From positions 186,001-250,000 of the IMG/VR virus record IMGVR_UViG_3300014494_000005: a DNA stretch of 64,000 bases; one strand, 5' to 3'. The translations under genes were made by a program, and so were the position numbers. Numbering within the stretch: the first letter of the stretch is position 1; each line of letters begins with the position of its first letter. Below the pieces are notes generated by a model. That model made no database searches and had not been told where the DNA came from. It was given only the letters and a program-made list of their open reading frames with translations. Positions 41,682 to 51,223 of the stretch are shown in pieces.

Positions 41682-42878
41682 TTATAAATACTCACAAGAA
41701 TTATTTTGTTCATTAAGTTTATCATAAAATTTAAAAATTTCTAATGTTTCAATAATACCAGTTTTTTTATTTTTAATTGTAATTAATGAATCTTTTCCAA
41801 CGCACATAAGTTCCTGCGCTATCTTACGCATATCACCATTGGCATTACGAATTTGTTCTTCAAACCAAGGACTACTTGCTTCCCAGCCATCGTCCATCAT
41901 TTTAATTCTCTGTTCCTTACTCCAATTTGTATCAATTATTTTATTTTCAGTGGTTTTACCTTTATTTTTTAGCCAAACCAATTCTTTATTATAACGAGGG
42001 TCATTATACCACCATAATTCAACCGCTTTAAAATTATTTTTTCCTTTTCTTGCAGTATTAAATGTTTGATAAAAAACAGCATCAAGACCAGAAGGTGTAC
42101 TTACCATAATAGCATTACCACCAGTTTGTAATGTTGGCTGTGCTGAAGTCCAGAATTTATCACCCTTTTCTGCCCATGCTGTTTCATCCCAAAACAATAA
42201 AGTTGGTGTCATACCACGTAATGTTTTAGATGCAAATGCTCCTAATTTTGAATCATTATCATAATATTTCAATTTCTGTGTATCTTTTAAATTTTTTTCT
42301 GTATCTCTACCAGTTTTTGGTCTAAGCCATACAGGACAATTTTCAATAAAATCAACAACATCACTCATTAATTCATCACGTGCGGTTTCAAGTTTATCTG
42401 CAACAATAGCTACTTGTCTATTACGATTAAACATTACATACCAAGCAATATATGCACAAGTTGTTGTTGAAATACCTGCTTGACGATATTTATTAGCAAT
42501 AACAAAACGGTTTTCTAAATATGATTGAATTAATTCTTTTTGAAATTCAAATAATTTGAAAGGAACAATAAGACCAGCCTTACCTTGAGTTTGGTCAAAA
42601 ATTGTCAAATAAGTTTCAATAAAATAAATTGGATTTGAAGCACAACGAATAATTTCATCTTCTTGTTCATGAAGAGTTAATTCACTTGCTTTTTTTATTA
42701 GACCTGATTTTGCAACAATAATGGGTTCAATATTTCCAGATTTTTTTCGAAGTTCTTTTGCTAATTTTCTTTGTTCTTCTTTTTCTATTTCCTTTTGAGC
42801 ATCAAATGGAATGACTGGAATATGGTCAGGAAATTGTTCTTCTTCTTTATCTTTTAATTTGTCAATATCTTCAGACAT
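41682..42878 (-). CDS. terL: Terminase large subunit N-terminal ATPase fragment ending in an N-intein (40 aa)
   Basis: KYRQAGIST Walker A variant, LFWDETAW Walker B, STPSG; ...IAQELM then CVGKDSLITI...CEYL stop. Confidence 0.9.
   Translation of the reverse strand: MSEDIDKLKDKEEEQFPDHIPVIPFDAQKEIEKEEQRKLAKELRKKSGNIEPIIVAKSGLIKKASELTLHEQEDEIIRCASNPIYFIETYLTIFDQTQGKAGLIVPFKLFEFQKELIQSYLENRFVIANKYRQAGISTTTCAYIAWYVMFNRNRQVAIVADKLETARDELMSDVVDFIENCPVWLRPKTGRDTEKNLKDTQKLKYYDNDSKLGAFASKTLRGMTPTLLFWDETAWAEKGDKFWTSAQPTLQTGGNAIMVSTPSGLDAVFYQTFNTARKGKNNFKAVELWWYNDPRYNKELVWLKNKGKTTENKIIDTNWSKEQRIKMMDDGWEASSPWFEEQIRNANGDMRKIAQELMCVGKDSLITIKNKKTGIIETLEIFKFYDKLNEQNNSCEYL
41685..41804 (-). mobile_element. 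Split intein N-fragment (40 aa)
   Basis: Block A CVGKDSLITIK, then a stop after 40 residues. Confidence 0.85.
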
Positions 42879-43061
42879 TTATAAATATTTATAATAAATA
42901 CTATCCTTGATTAAAACCGCAAAGCTCGGTACATTCCTAAATGATGTATCGAACTTCGAAATCTTTTCTTCCTAATATGGTAAGATAGACAAAAAAACCA
43001 AAAACGCATAAATACGTTTTCTTAACTGTTTTACCTCATGGGTAATCAGATATTATAAATA

Positions 43062-43550
43062 CTATAATTTAATCGAAGAAGTTTCAACAAATTCATTATT
43101 TTTTAAAATAATTTTTCTGGCATTAAGTAAATCTTTGACTTTACTTAATGTCATACCATAATGAAATACTAATAATGGAAATTCTTCATTATCATCTTTT
43201 TCAAACATTTTTTCATAATCACCAAAATTACCATTTTCATCAGCTTGTTTTTCAATTTCATATGCTAAAGCATGTATTGTATGATAACCATGCATATATT
43301 CTCTATCAACTGCTTCATGTAGGCAAAATAAATCAAATGAACTGGTTTTTAAATTAAAAATTGCATTAATATATTCTTCTGTTGGTGGAGTTGCATTATC
43401 ACAAGCAGGACTTAAATCCCAACACCAACCTTCCATATCAATATTTGTTGGGTCTAATGAAAAGATAAATTCATATAGACCTTCACCCTTTGCATTATAA
43501 CCAATTTTTAAAATAAAAATTAGTTTTAATTTATTATCTTCGTAGTCCAT
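43062..43550 (-). CDS. Hypothetical acidic protein upstream of terL
   Basis: 162 aa; phage motif at 43564-43572. Confidence 0.6.
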   Translation of the reverse strand: MDYEDNKLKLIFILKIGYNAKGEGLYEFIFSLDPTNIDMEGWCWDLSPACDNATPPTEEYINAIFNLKTSSFDLFCLHEAVDREYMHGYHTIHALAYEIEKQADENGNFGDYEKMFEKDDNEEFPLLVFHYGMTLSKVKDLLNARKIILKNNEFVETSSIKL

Positions 43551-43601
43551 AATGTAATTTTATTATAAATACTTTTAATAAAAAAAGCCACTGGCGTGGC
43601 T

Positions 43602-44024
43602 TTAATTTTTATTGAATTCAAAACCTGTTTGTTCCTTTATTTCGCATAATATTATTGTTAGACACATATTATAATCATTTAATCTTTTTCTTATTTTATT
43701 TTTTAAATATAAATATAATATTTGAAATATAATTGATATTAAAAAAATAATTATTGATATTAGTGGACTTTTTGATAATAAAAATATTGGAAGGATGGCA
43801 AATATATAGCTTAAATTTTTTAATAATATTTTCCAACTAAAAATAACGTTAAGTAAATCGTCAAAATATTGAATAAATATTCTCCTATATTCAAACCAAT
43901 CACAATCTGAATTATCTTCTTTACTGCCTTGAACTTTTTTAAATATTTCAAGTTCGTGTTTCTTTGAACCACCACCAATAAATGTTCTAAAAAATTTATA
44001 TTTTAAAAATGTTCTATCTATCAT
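43602..44024 (-). CDS. Two-TM membrane protein
   Basis: Two hydrophobic helices; own promoter motif at 44044-44073. Confidence 0.55.
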   Translation of the reverse strand: MIDRTFLKYKFFRTFIGGGSKKHELEIFKKVQGSKEDNSDCDWFEYRRIFIQYFDDLLNVIFSWKILLKNLSYIFAILPIFLLSKSPLISIIIFLISIIFQILYLYLKNKIRKRLNDYNMCLTIILCEIKEQTGFEFNKN

Positions 44025-44043
44025 AATAATATAATTTAATTAT

Positions 44044-44073
44044 TATACGATAATGATATAAAAATGTTACAAA
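44044..44073 (-). promoter_or_regulatory. Phage promoter motif TTTGTAACA-N15-CGTATA
   Basis: Exact motif and spacing. Confidence 0.65.
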
Positions 44074-44098
44074 AAAACCCGAATAATTTCGGGTTTTT
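44071..44098. terminator. Intrinsic terminator after 44113-46470
   Basis: aaaaaaacccga-ataatt-tcgggttttt. Confidence 0.75.
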
Positions 44099-44112
44099 AA
44101 TTTTATGTGTTT

Positions 44113-46470
44113 TTACACTGTTCCTGCTACACTTCCACCAACAGCAGAATAATCATTTTTTGTTGCAGCATTTTTTATAGATTGTGGCGCATATTTTACG
44201 GTTTTGCTATCAGCAAGTCTTAATGTACCACCATTATTATCAACATATTGTTTTAATATATCATACTTAATATTAATTGGAGTTGTTTTTGATGCTCTAC
44301 CAATTGCACCCATAGTAGGATTAATTAATATGTTTTTAAATACTGAAGTAAATAATGCTTCAACACTCGCTGCATTATTGGGGTCAAGTTTTGCAAATTT
44401 TTCTTTAATACCAAGTCCAAAAATTTCATTTACATTATCTTTTTTTTTTAATACAGCAGATTCATATAATTTGTATTGTTTATCAATTATAGAATCAAGT
44501 TTTTTTAATGCTGGAGATTTTTTACTTTCAGTTAATATTGGTTTTCTTAAACCAGCATGTTCTTCAAGTCTGTTACGAATATATTTTCTAAGTTTTTTTT
44601 CGGATTCATTCATTGAAATGTCAATACTTTTATCAGGTTCTATTCTAATTTCAACGCCAGCACCTTCTGGTTTAATAACACCACCACCTAATGTATCAGC
44701 AGCAGGGGCAATATTTATTTCTGGTTTTTCTTCAGTAGTATCATCTTTAACTTCAGGTTCTTCTTCTTCTTTAATTTGTTTTATTGGTGCAGTTGCACTA
44801 AGTTTTTGACCTGCTTTTGGTTCAGGCACTTTTATTTCTTCAATAGGTTGTGTTTCAATTTTTGCTGGGTCATCAAGACTTTCAGCAACTGGATTTAAAC
44901 CAGCAATTCCAGCACCTTTACCAGTAACTTGTTGTGATATTGCTTTTATTATATTTTTAATATCAATAGGTTGTTGACCTGATTTAGTTAATCTTGTATT
45001 TAATGATTGAACTTGTTTACCTAAATTAGCAGCAATACCTTCAAGTTTTTTTACTTCACCGGGTACTTCACCAGCATGATATGCTTGTTGTACTCCTGTA
45101 GCATATTGACCAACCGCTTGTGCACCCTTTTGAACTGTACTACCAACAGCATTACTAACTGCTTGTGCACCTTTTTTAATATCACCACCAACTTTTTTAA
45201 ATGCACTACCAATACCACCAAAAAGTTCTTCAATTTGTTGTTTTTTAGATGCTTCATCACATTCACCTAATTCATTAGTATAAGGAGTTAATTTTTCACT
45301 GTATTCATCATGACCATAATCAGATTTCAATTTACCAAGAATTTCAGGAGTAATAAACAATGCAACTGCTTTAAAATCACCATCATTTTGTCCATCATTA
45401 TGTGCATTTGCATAACCACTAACTAAGTTAGTCATTTCTTCTTCACCACATTCTTGAATTGATTGTGCATTATATCCTCTTGATTCTGCGAATTTAGCAA
45501 AACTACTACATTCTGCACATTGTCCTTCTTCTACTTCAGCAGGTTCAGTTTTTTCAACATTTTGTCCCAAGTCTTCAATATCTTCATCAGGAACAACTTT
45601 AGTGATTTTTTCTGCCATTGCTTTTCTATCTTCAATTTCAACATCAGGGAATTTATCTTTAAATGCTGCAAGAAATGAATTAACATATGACTTAACTTGA
45701 GAATCTGTCATTTCTGTTTTTCTTATTTTTTCTGTCAATTTACCAAGAGATTTTTCAATTTCTTTTGTAGTAATATTTTTTTGGTCTTCTGGATTACCTT
45801 CTGTATTATCTTCTGGAGCAGGAATTTCTTCACCAGATTTATCATCAGTAGGTACTTCTGCAGGTATTTCACCAGTTTCATCACCAGCAGGTGCTCCATC
45901 AGTTGCAATATCAGTAGGTGGTGTTTGTTCTTCAGCACCTGTATTAGAAATAGGTTCTTCAGTAGGAGCAGGAGTTTCTAAACCACTTTCTGGTTCACCA
46001 CTTAAATCAGGAATAGGTTCTGAAGTAGGAGTTGTATCTTTTGCAGCATCTAATCCAGCAGCCATTTCTTGACTTGCTTTAATTTCTTCACCAGCTTTAT
46101 CTTCATTTAATCTTTTTTTACTACCAGTTTTATTTGATTTTAATGAAACTGCTTCATTAATTGTACGAAACAACATATTTCTTTGTTTTTCAGCTTCTGA
46201 TAATTTTTTATATTGAAATTCGGTAATATTCGCCAATCCACCAATATATGCAAAATCAGCAACATTTGGGTCTTCCTTAAGACCTGCTTTCTTAATGTAA
46301 TAATTATGACTTTCTTTAATAATGCCATAAGCAACGCCATCTGCTGCTCTTTTATAATCAATTAAAGTGCCTAAATTACGATTCTGAGATTCTTTTACAA
46401 TTGTTTTATTAACAACTGCCAAATTTCTCATTCTTTCATAATATGCTTCTTCTGATGTGTGTTTTTTCAT
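44113..46470 (-). CDS. Large acidic/Pro-rich putative prohead-core or internal head protein
   Basis: 785 aa low-complexity protein with many IxE/LxE/VxE sites; phage motif at 46513-46521. Confidence 0.55.
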   Translation of the reverse strand: MKKHTSEEAYYERMRNLAVVNKTIVKESQNRNLGTLIDYKRAADGVAYGIIKESHNYYIKKAGLKEDPNVADFAYIGGLANITEFQYKKLSEAEKQRNMLFRTINEAVSLKSNKTGSKKRLNEDKAGEEIKASQEMAAGLDAAKDTTPTSEPIPDLSGEPESGLETPAPTEEPISNTGAEEQTPPTDIATDGAPAGDETGEIPAEVPTDDKSGEEIPAPEDNTEGNPEDQKNITTKEIEKSLGKLTEKIRKTEMTDSQVKSYVNSFLAAFKDKFPDVEIEDRKAMAEKITKVVPDEDIEDLGQNVEKTEPAEVEEGQCAECSSFAKFAESRGYNAQSIQECGEEEMTNLVSGYANAHNDGQNDGDFKAVALFITPEILGKLKSDYGHDEYSEKLTPYTNELGECDEASKKQQIEELFGGIGSAFKKVGGDIKKGAQAVSNAVGSTVQKGAQAVGQYATGVQQAYHAGEVPGEVKKLEGIAANLGKQVQSLNTRLTKSGQQPIDIKNIIKAISQQVTGKGAGIAGLNPVAESLDDPAKIETQPIEEIKVPEPKAGQKLSATAPIKQIKEEEEPEVKDDTTEEKPEINIAPAADTLGGGVIKPEGAGVEIRIEPDKSIDISMNESEKKLRKYIRNRLEEHAGLRKPILTESKKSPALKKLDSIIDKQYKLYESAVLKKKDNVNEIFGLGIKEKFAKLDPNNAASVEALFTSVFKNILINPTMGAIGRASKTTPINIKYDILKQYVDNNGGTLRLADSKTVKYAPQSIKNAATKNDYSAVGGSVAGTV

Positions 46471-46548
46471 TTGAATATTATTTAATATCTTATTATTTAT
46501 CTTATATTTTTTTATAAATACTTAATTAAGAACAAAAAAATAGGAATC

Positions 46549-46797
46549 TTATATTATTTCATGTTTTTCATCTATTATTTTGTATTTCATCAACATTTCG
46601 TATATACTTGGAGTTATTAAATTTTTTCTTTGAAAATCATCAATAACTGTTTGGTTTGCTTTTTTATGTGAAATACCTTCATTCAAATATTTTGAATTTT
46701 TATGCAAACATTCTAATATGTCATAGAATACTTTTTCAGATTTTTTTCTTTCAATGTATTCTTTTAATTGTTCTTTTGTTATTATAAATCTTTTCAT
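46549..46797 (-). CDS. Hypothetical protein
   Basis: 82-aa ORF with a YLNE site. Confidence 0.5.
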   Translation of the reverse strand: MKRFIITKEQLKEYIERKKSEKVFYDILECLHKNSKYLNEGISHKKANQTVIDDFQRKNLITPSIYEMLMKYKIIDEKHEII

Positions 46798-46800
46798 AAC

Positions 46801-47613
46801 TTAATTCATGAATTCATCAAGGCTTAATTCTTGTGTTAAATAATCATTTTTTAATTCAATCATTTTTTCAAGATAACCAGTATTTCTCAGTAATTTAAAT
46901 ACCAGATTTTCAGTTGAATATTCTCCACCAGTATTAAGTCCTGATTGTCTATATTTTTTTATTTTTTCTTTTAATATTTCATGCTTTTTTAAAAAATCTT
47001 TTTGATTTTCATGTGTTTCTAAATCATCAATAGAATTCATAATATCTGCTGCTTTCAATTGTACATCAGCACTATCAATATTTACAATTTTTTTTATTGG
47101 TTTTCTAATCCAATCATTTTTAATAAGTGAATATGTTCCAGAAGAATAATGTGGTTCGGCACTATCTTGGAAATACATTTCAACATCATGTCCTTTTACT
47201 TGAATTGGTAAATTTTCTGCCCATAATTGCTTTTTCATCTTAAAAAAATCACCCACAAATTCTTTATTTTCTGATATTTGACTAAAATCAAGAATAACAT
47301 GAACATCTAAATCAGAATTTTCATTATAATTATAATTTGCAAGACTTCCTGTCAATATAATATCATTAAATTTAAGATTTTCAGCATCACAAAATTCAAT
47401 AAATCTTTTAGCATTCATTAATAAAATTTTTCTAACTTCTGGTTTTATTTTTTCTTCTGAATCCCAAATAAAAGGTGATAATGTATCATGCATTTGAATT
47501 GATGATACATCAATATTATCAGGTTCGACCACTTCTTTTAAAGTATCAGAAATATTATGATTTTTCCAATATCTACCAGACCAAAAACGTGGTGTTTTTT
47601 TTTCTTCAATCAT
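46801..47613 (-). CDS. Pol-beta superfamily nucleotidyltransferase
   Basis: IILTGSLANYNY...SDLDVH motif and third Asp/Glu in HDVEMY. Confidence 0.8.
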   Translation of the reverse strand: MIEEKKTPRFWSGRYWKNHNISDTLKEVVEPDNIDVSSIQMHDTLSPFIWDSEEKIKPEVRKILLMNAKRFIEFCDAENLKFNDIILTGSLANYNYNENSDLDVHVILDFSQISENKEFVGDFFKMKKQLWAENLPIQVKGHDVEMYFQDSAEPHYSSGTYSLIKNDWIRKPIKKIVNIDSADVQLKAADIMNSIDDLETHENQKDFLKKHEILKEKIKKYRQSGLNTGGEYSTENLVFKLLRNTGYLEKMIELKNDYLTQELSLDEFMN

Positions 47614-47627
47614 ATTTTATTAATATC

Positions 47628-48182
47628 TTAAGCTAATTCTGCTGCAAGTTCTTCATCACTAATCGGAAATAATTTCGAAATTATATCATCAATTTTATCA
47701 AGAATATCATAATGATTAGTATCAAAAAGATAATCAATTTTACCTTTAAGATGTTCAACTTTTTCCAAATATTCAGATGAATTATCTTCATTAACATTAA
47801 CTGGTACTGAAATATGTTTATTTTTTCTATCAATTAATAATCTATATAAAGTATCAATAACTTCAAGCTCACCCTGATTTAATAATAAATCTATAAATTC
47901 TTTTATTTTTGTAATTCTTGTTTTATATAGATTAATATCAGGAAAATTAATATTTTCTTTAAAAATTATCTTTGATTCTTCAATACCCTTTTTAAAACGT
48001 TTTGCTAATGCTTTACGTCTTGGAGTACATGTAGGTTTTGACATGGGTGTACAATAACCTTTATGTTCTGGATTAACAGCTTTTTGAATCCATTTTTTAT
48101 CGGTTTCAGTTAGTTTAAAATCTGGATTTAATTTTGCCATATTTTCCAAAAGCAATGATTTAGTATCAAATACTTTTTTCAT
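47628..48182 (-). CDS. Putative head-internal protein
   Basis: LLENMAKLNPDFKLTE N-terminus, related to 17377 and 48208; GYCTPMSKPTCTPRR segment. Confidence 0.5.
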   Translation of the reverse strand: MKKVFDTKSLLLENMAKLNPDFKLTETDKKWIQKAVNPEHKGYCTPMSKPTCTPRRKALAKRFKKGIEESKIIFKENINFPDINLYKTRITKIKEFIDLLLNQGELEVIDTLYRLLIDRKNKHISVPVNVNEDNSSEYLEKVEHLKGKIDYLFDTNHYDILDKIDDIISKLFPISDEELAAELA

Positions 48183-48207
48183 TTCAATTGTAATATATCA
48201 AATTTAA

Positions 48208-48705
48208 TTATTTACCAGTTTTTGCTTTATCCCAAGCAGCAACAGGAACTTTTTTTCCGTCATTATCTTCTACTTCTTTTAACTCTTTCTTTTCTTTATG
48301 TTCTTTTTTTTCTTCAGAAGGAATTTCAGATTCTTCATGTTCTTTAGATTCTTTTTCTTCAGCTTTTTCAAATTTCTTTTCTTTAGATTCTTCACCCTTT
48401 TTTTTATCAAAATTCCATTCTTGAAGATTTTCAGGATTTTCTTCACCAGTTTCTTCAGCAGGAACTTCTTCCTCTTCTTCACCATGAAGCATAGCATAAA
48501 GTTCATCAACTTTTGCTGTTAATTCTGCAAGTTTTTCTTCGGGAGTTTTTTCTTCGGAAGTTTCTTCACCTGATGGTAATGCTGCTACGGGTTCTTCTGG
48601 ACTTACTTCAGCACCCATTTCAACATCTTCATTTAATTTTGGCTTGAATGTTTTGTCGAGCCTACTCATGACCTCAAAAAGTCTTTTTTTATCATTTTTT
48701 TTCAT
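48208..48705 (-). CDS. Highly charged putative head-internal protein
   Basis: RLFEVMSRLDKTFKPKLNED N-terminus; Glu/Lys-rich. Confidence 0.5.
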   Translation of the reverse strand: MKKNDKKRLFEVMSRLDKTFKPKLNEDVEMGAEVSPEEPVAALPSGEETSEEKTPEEKLAELTAKVDELYAMLHGEEEEEVPAEETGEENPENLQEWNFDKKKGEESKEKKFEKAEEKESKEHEESEIPSEEKKEHKEKKELKEVEDNDGKKVPVAAWDKAKTGK

Positions 48706-48840
48706 GTTCTTGATTTTTATAATTTATTTTATTTTATATAAATACTTTATATGAAGCAATACGTTTAATTTTATCATTTTTAATAAATACTCAACTATAT
48801 TTAAATGGGTTTAGTATTTATAATTAAATTCTTATACAAA

Positions 48841-50871
48841 ATGAGTTTAGAATGTTTAAATGATATAATTCCCAATAATTTGGCAATACACATTGATTTA
48901 ACTAATATAAAATCATGGAAAAATTGGAATACAGGATTAACTGCTTTCAGTTTAACCAAATGGAATGGTGCTGTTTCTGATAATATTAATTTAATTGATT
49001 TTGGTCTTACTTCTTTTGATAATGGTAGAACTAATATTATGTGGAGTGGAATTACACTTACACCAAAAGATACATTATTTTCTATGTATAGAGTTGGTTA
49101 TAATATAGTTTATAATCCTTTATCAGGAGAAACAAGTGGCGTTATAGCAATAACACAATTTCTTCCAATAACTGGTATTACAAGTGGTATAACAGGTAAT
49201 TATTTCAAACTTAATGGTGGATATTTACAAGGTTTTTTTAAATTAAATGATTATAAATATGAATTATTACCAGCACGATATAATAATGGTATAACTATTG
49301 AAAATTTATTGTATTTGCAACCTGATTCACAAGGTATATTTTATATGATGGGTGCACGTGCAGAAGATAAATATAATCCATATTTTAGTGGTGAAACTAT
49401 AACAGGAAAAACTTCATTTACAGGTGTAACAACAAGTTTTGAAAATTATTTGGATGCAATTATAGAAAAACAAATAATTAAAAAAGGTTTTAAAGTACCA
49501 GAAGATAATAAAGAAAATATATTTAATGAAGCTCCTGAAATTAATAATATTAAAAATAATGTAATTGCATTTGAAATAACACAAGATAAAAGATTAACTT
49601 ATAAATATATTAATACAAATGGTAATATTATTACAAATCAATCTACACAAGTTTTAAGTGGAATTACTGGTTTAACTATAATTACAATTGTATTTACCCC
49701 TAATAATACAATTGATGACCCAGATTTAATTGATTGTACAGAACAAAGATTAGGTAAATTAATTTTTTATGCTAATGGTCGTGCAGTTTGGATACTACAT
49801 GATTTTCCTGAATTTTATTTTAAATCATTTTCTAATGATAAAGAAAAGCAATTAGGTGTACCATATTCTATAAGTTGGGGTGGTGGTAGTTTTGGTTTGA
49901 AACATTCATGGCATTACGATTATCAAACTTATGTGATATATAGTGGTCAAAATACAAATTATATTAATAACAAATTTTTGGTAGAATCCAATCCTATTTC
50001 AACAGATTGTTATACTGCACCAACAGGTGATACATATTTAGCAGGATTATCATTAAGTGCTGATAGTACAACATTTACATATATTGATAAATGTAATCCT
50101 AATGTAAAACATCCATTAACAGTAATGCGCATACAATATACTGGTGGAACTGGAAATACATATTTTATAAAATTCAATCAACCGATTTCAGTATTATCAA
50201 ATAGAGATTATATTACTAATTTATCATTATTTAATAATAGTTTTTTTAGTGGTGGCAGTATTAATAAAATATCAGTAATAATGTATAGTGATAATGTTGA
50301 TATTGATATTATTAATAGTACTGAATATATATATCCATTAACTAATGAATATATATTAAGTCTTCAAAATCTTGGATTACATCCATTTATGGATAGATGT
50401 GAATATGAATATGAATTGGATAAAGTAATGTATTATGGTATAAATGGAATTCCTGTTACTCCAGAAAACGCATTAACTGTCGGATTTGGTAATGAAAATC
50501 CTAATATTATATTAACGGGAGAAAATGGCTGGTTACCAATAAAAACTACATTTAGAACAAAAGATAATTCAGGAAAAAATATTGTATATGTGGGAATATT
50601 AATCGAAACAGATGGATTATTCAATACTGGTGGCACATTATATATTAATAATTTTACATATACTGCTTCAGATATTTTAGTACAAGATGAAAGAAAAAAT
50701 AATTTAACTATAGAACAAAATTTTGATTCTGGATTTATTGGTGGAATTCAAAAACTTAGAATATATGATAAAGCGTTTACTTCACCAGAAGTACTTCATA
50801 ATGCATTAATAGAATCAAAAAAGAATCCAAGTATTGTTGTGAATAAGGGTGGTAGAATTATTTATCGTTAA
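48841..50871 (+). CDS. Structural protein with C-terminal LamG/ConA-like end
   Basis: GGIQKLRIYDKAFT ending; start set at ATG 48841, after GTATTTATA at 48814-48822. Confidence 0.5.
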   Translation: MSLECLNDIIPNNLAIHIDLTNIKSWKNWNTGLTAFSLTKWNGAVSDNINLIDFGLTSFDNGRTNIMWSGITLTPKDTLFSMYRVGYNIVYNPLSGETSGVIAITQFLPITGITSGITGNYFKLNGGYLQGFFKLNDYKYELLPARYNNGITIENLLYLQPDSQGIFYMMGARAEDKYNPYFSGETITGKTSFTGVTTSFENYLDAIIEKQIIKKGFKVPEDNKENIFNEAPEINNIKNNVIAFEITQDKRLTYKYINTNGNIITNQSTQVLSGITGLTIITIVFTPNNTIDDPDLIDCTEQRLGKLIFYANGRAVWILHDFPEFYFKSFSNDKEKQLGVPYSISWGGGSFGLKHSWHYDYQTYVIYSGQNTNYINNKFLVESNPISTDCYTAPTGDTYLAGLSLSADSTTFTYIDKCNPNVKHPLTVMRIQYTGGTGNTYFIKFNQPISVLSNRDYITNLSLFNNSFFSGGSINKISVIMYSDNVDIDIINSTEYIYPLTNEYILSLQNLGLHPFMDRCEYEYELDKVMYYGINGIPVTPENALTVGFGNENPNIILTGENGWLPIKTTFRTKDNSGKNIVYVGILIETDGLFNTGGTLYINNFTYTASDILVQDERKNNLTIEQNFDSGFIGGIQKLRIYDKAFTSPEVLHNALIESKKNPSIVVNKGGRIIYR

Positions 50872-50873
50872 AT

Positions 50874-51080
50874 ATGAGTAAATTATCAGAAATTTATACT
50901 GGGTGGAAAAATTTCACTTTTCCAAATCTTAAAACAGAAGAATTAGCAAAAAAAAGAATTGAAATTTGTGTTAACAATTGTGATAAATTAAATAAAAGAA
51001 ATTTCTGTAAACTTTGTGGCTGTTATATGCCCGCAAAAGTAAGAAGTCCTAAATCGCATTGTTTTTTAAAAAAATGGTAA
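50874..51080 (+). CDS. Small Cys-rich protein
   Basis: RIEIC..C.......C..CGC.M.AK......C..KKW. Confidence 0.6.
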   Translation: MSKLSEIYTGWKNFTFPNLKTEELAKKRIEICVNNCDKLNKRNFCKLCGCYMPAKVRSPKSHCFLKKW

Positions 51081-51221
51081 TTAAATAGTATTTGTTGTAA
51101 CTACATATGAATCATCTAATTCTAATACATTGTTTTTTGATAATTCATTAAGTAACTCATTTTTTCTTTTATCAATTAATTCATTAACTTTATTTAATAT
51201 TTTTTTTCTCTCATTTGTCAT
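51081..51221 (-). CDS. Small hypothetical protein (46 aa)
   Basis: Read by hand (MTNERKKILNKVNE...). Confidence 0.35.
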   Translation of the reverse strand: MTNERKKILNKVNELIDKRKNELLNELSKNNVLELDDSYVVTTNTI

Positions 51222-51223
51222 GA

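Noticed and set aside
22714-44809. Longer antisense ORFs (e.g. 22714-23295, 26428-26736, 27682-28005, 39048-39464, 44204-44809)
   Set aside because: They are shadows of well-supported genes on the opposite strand, with no motifs or promoters
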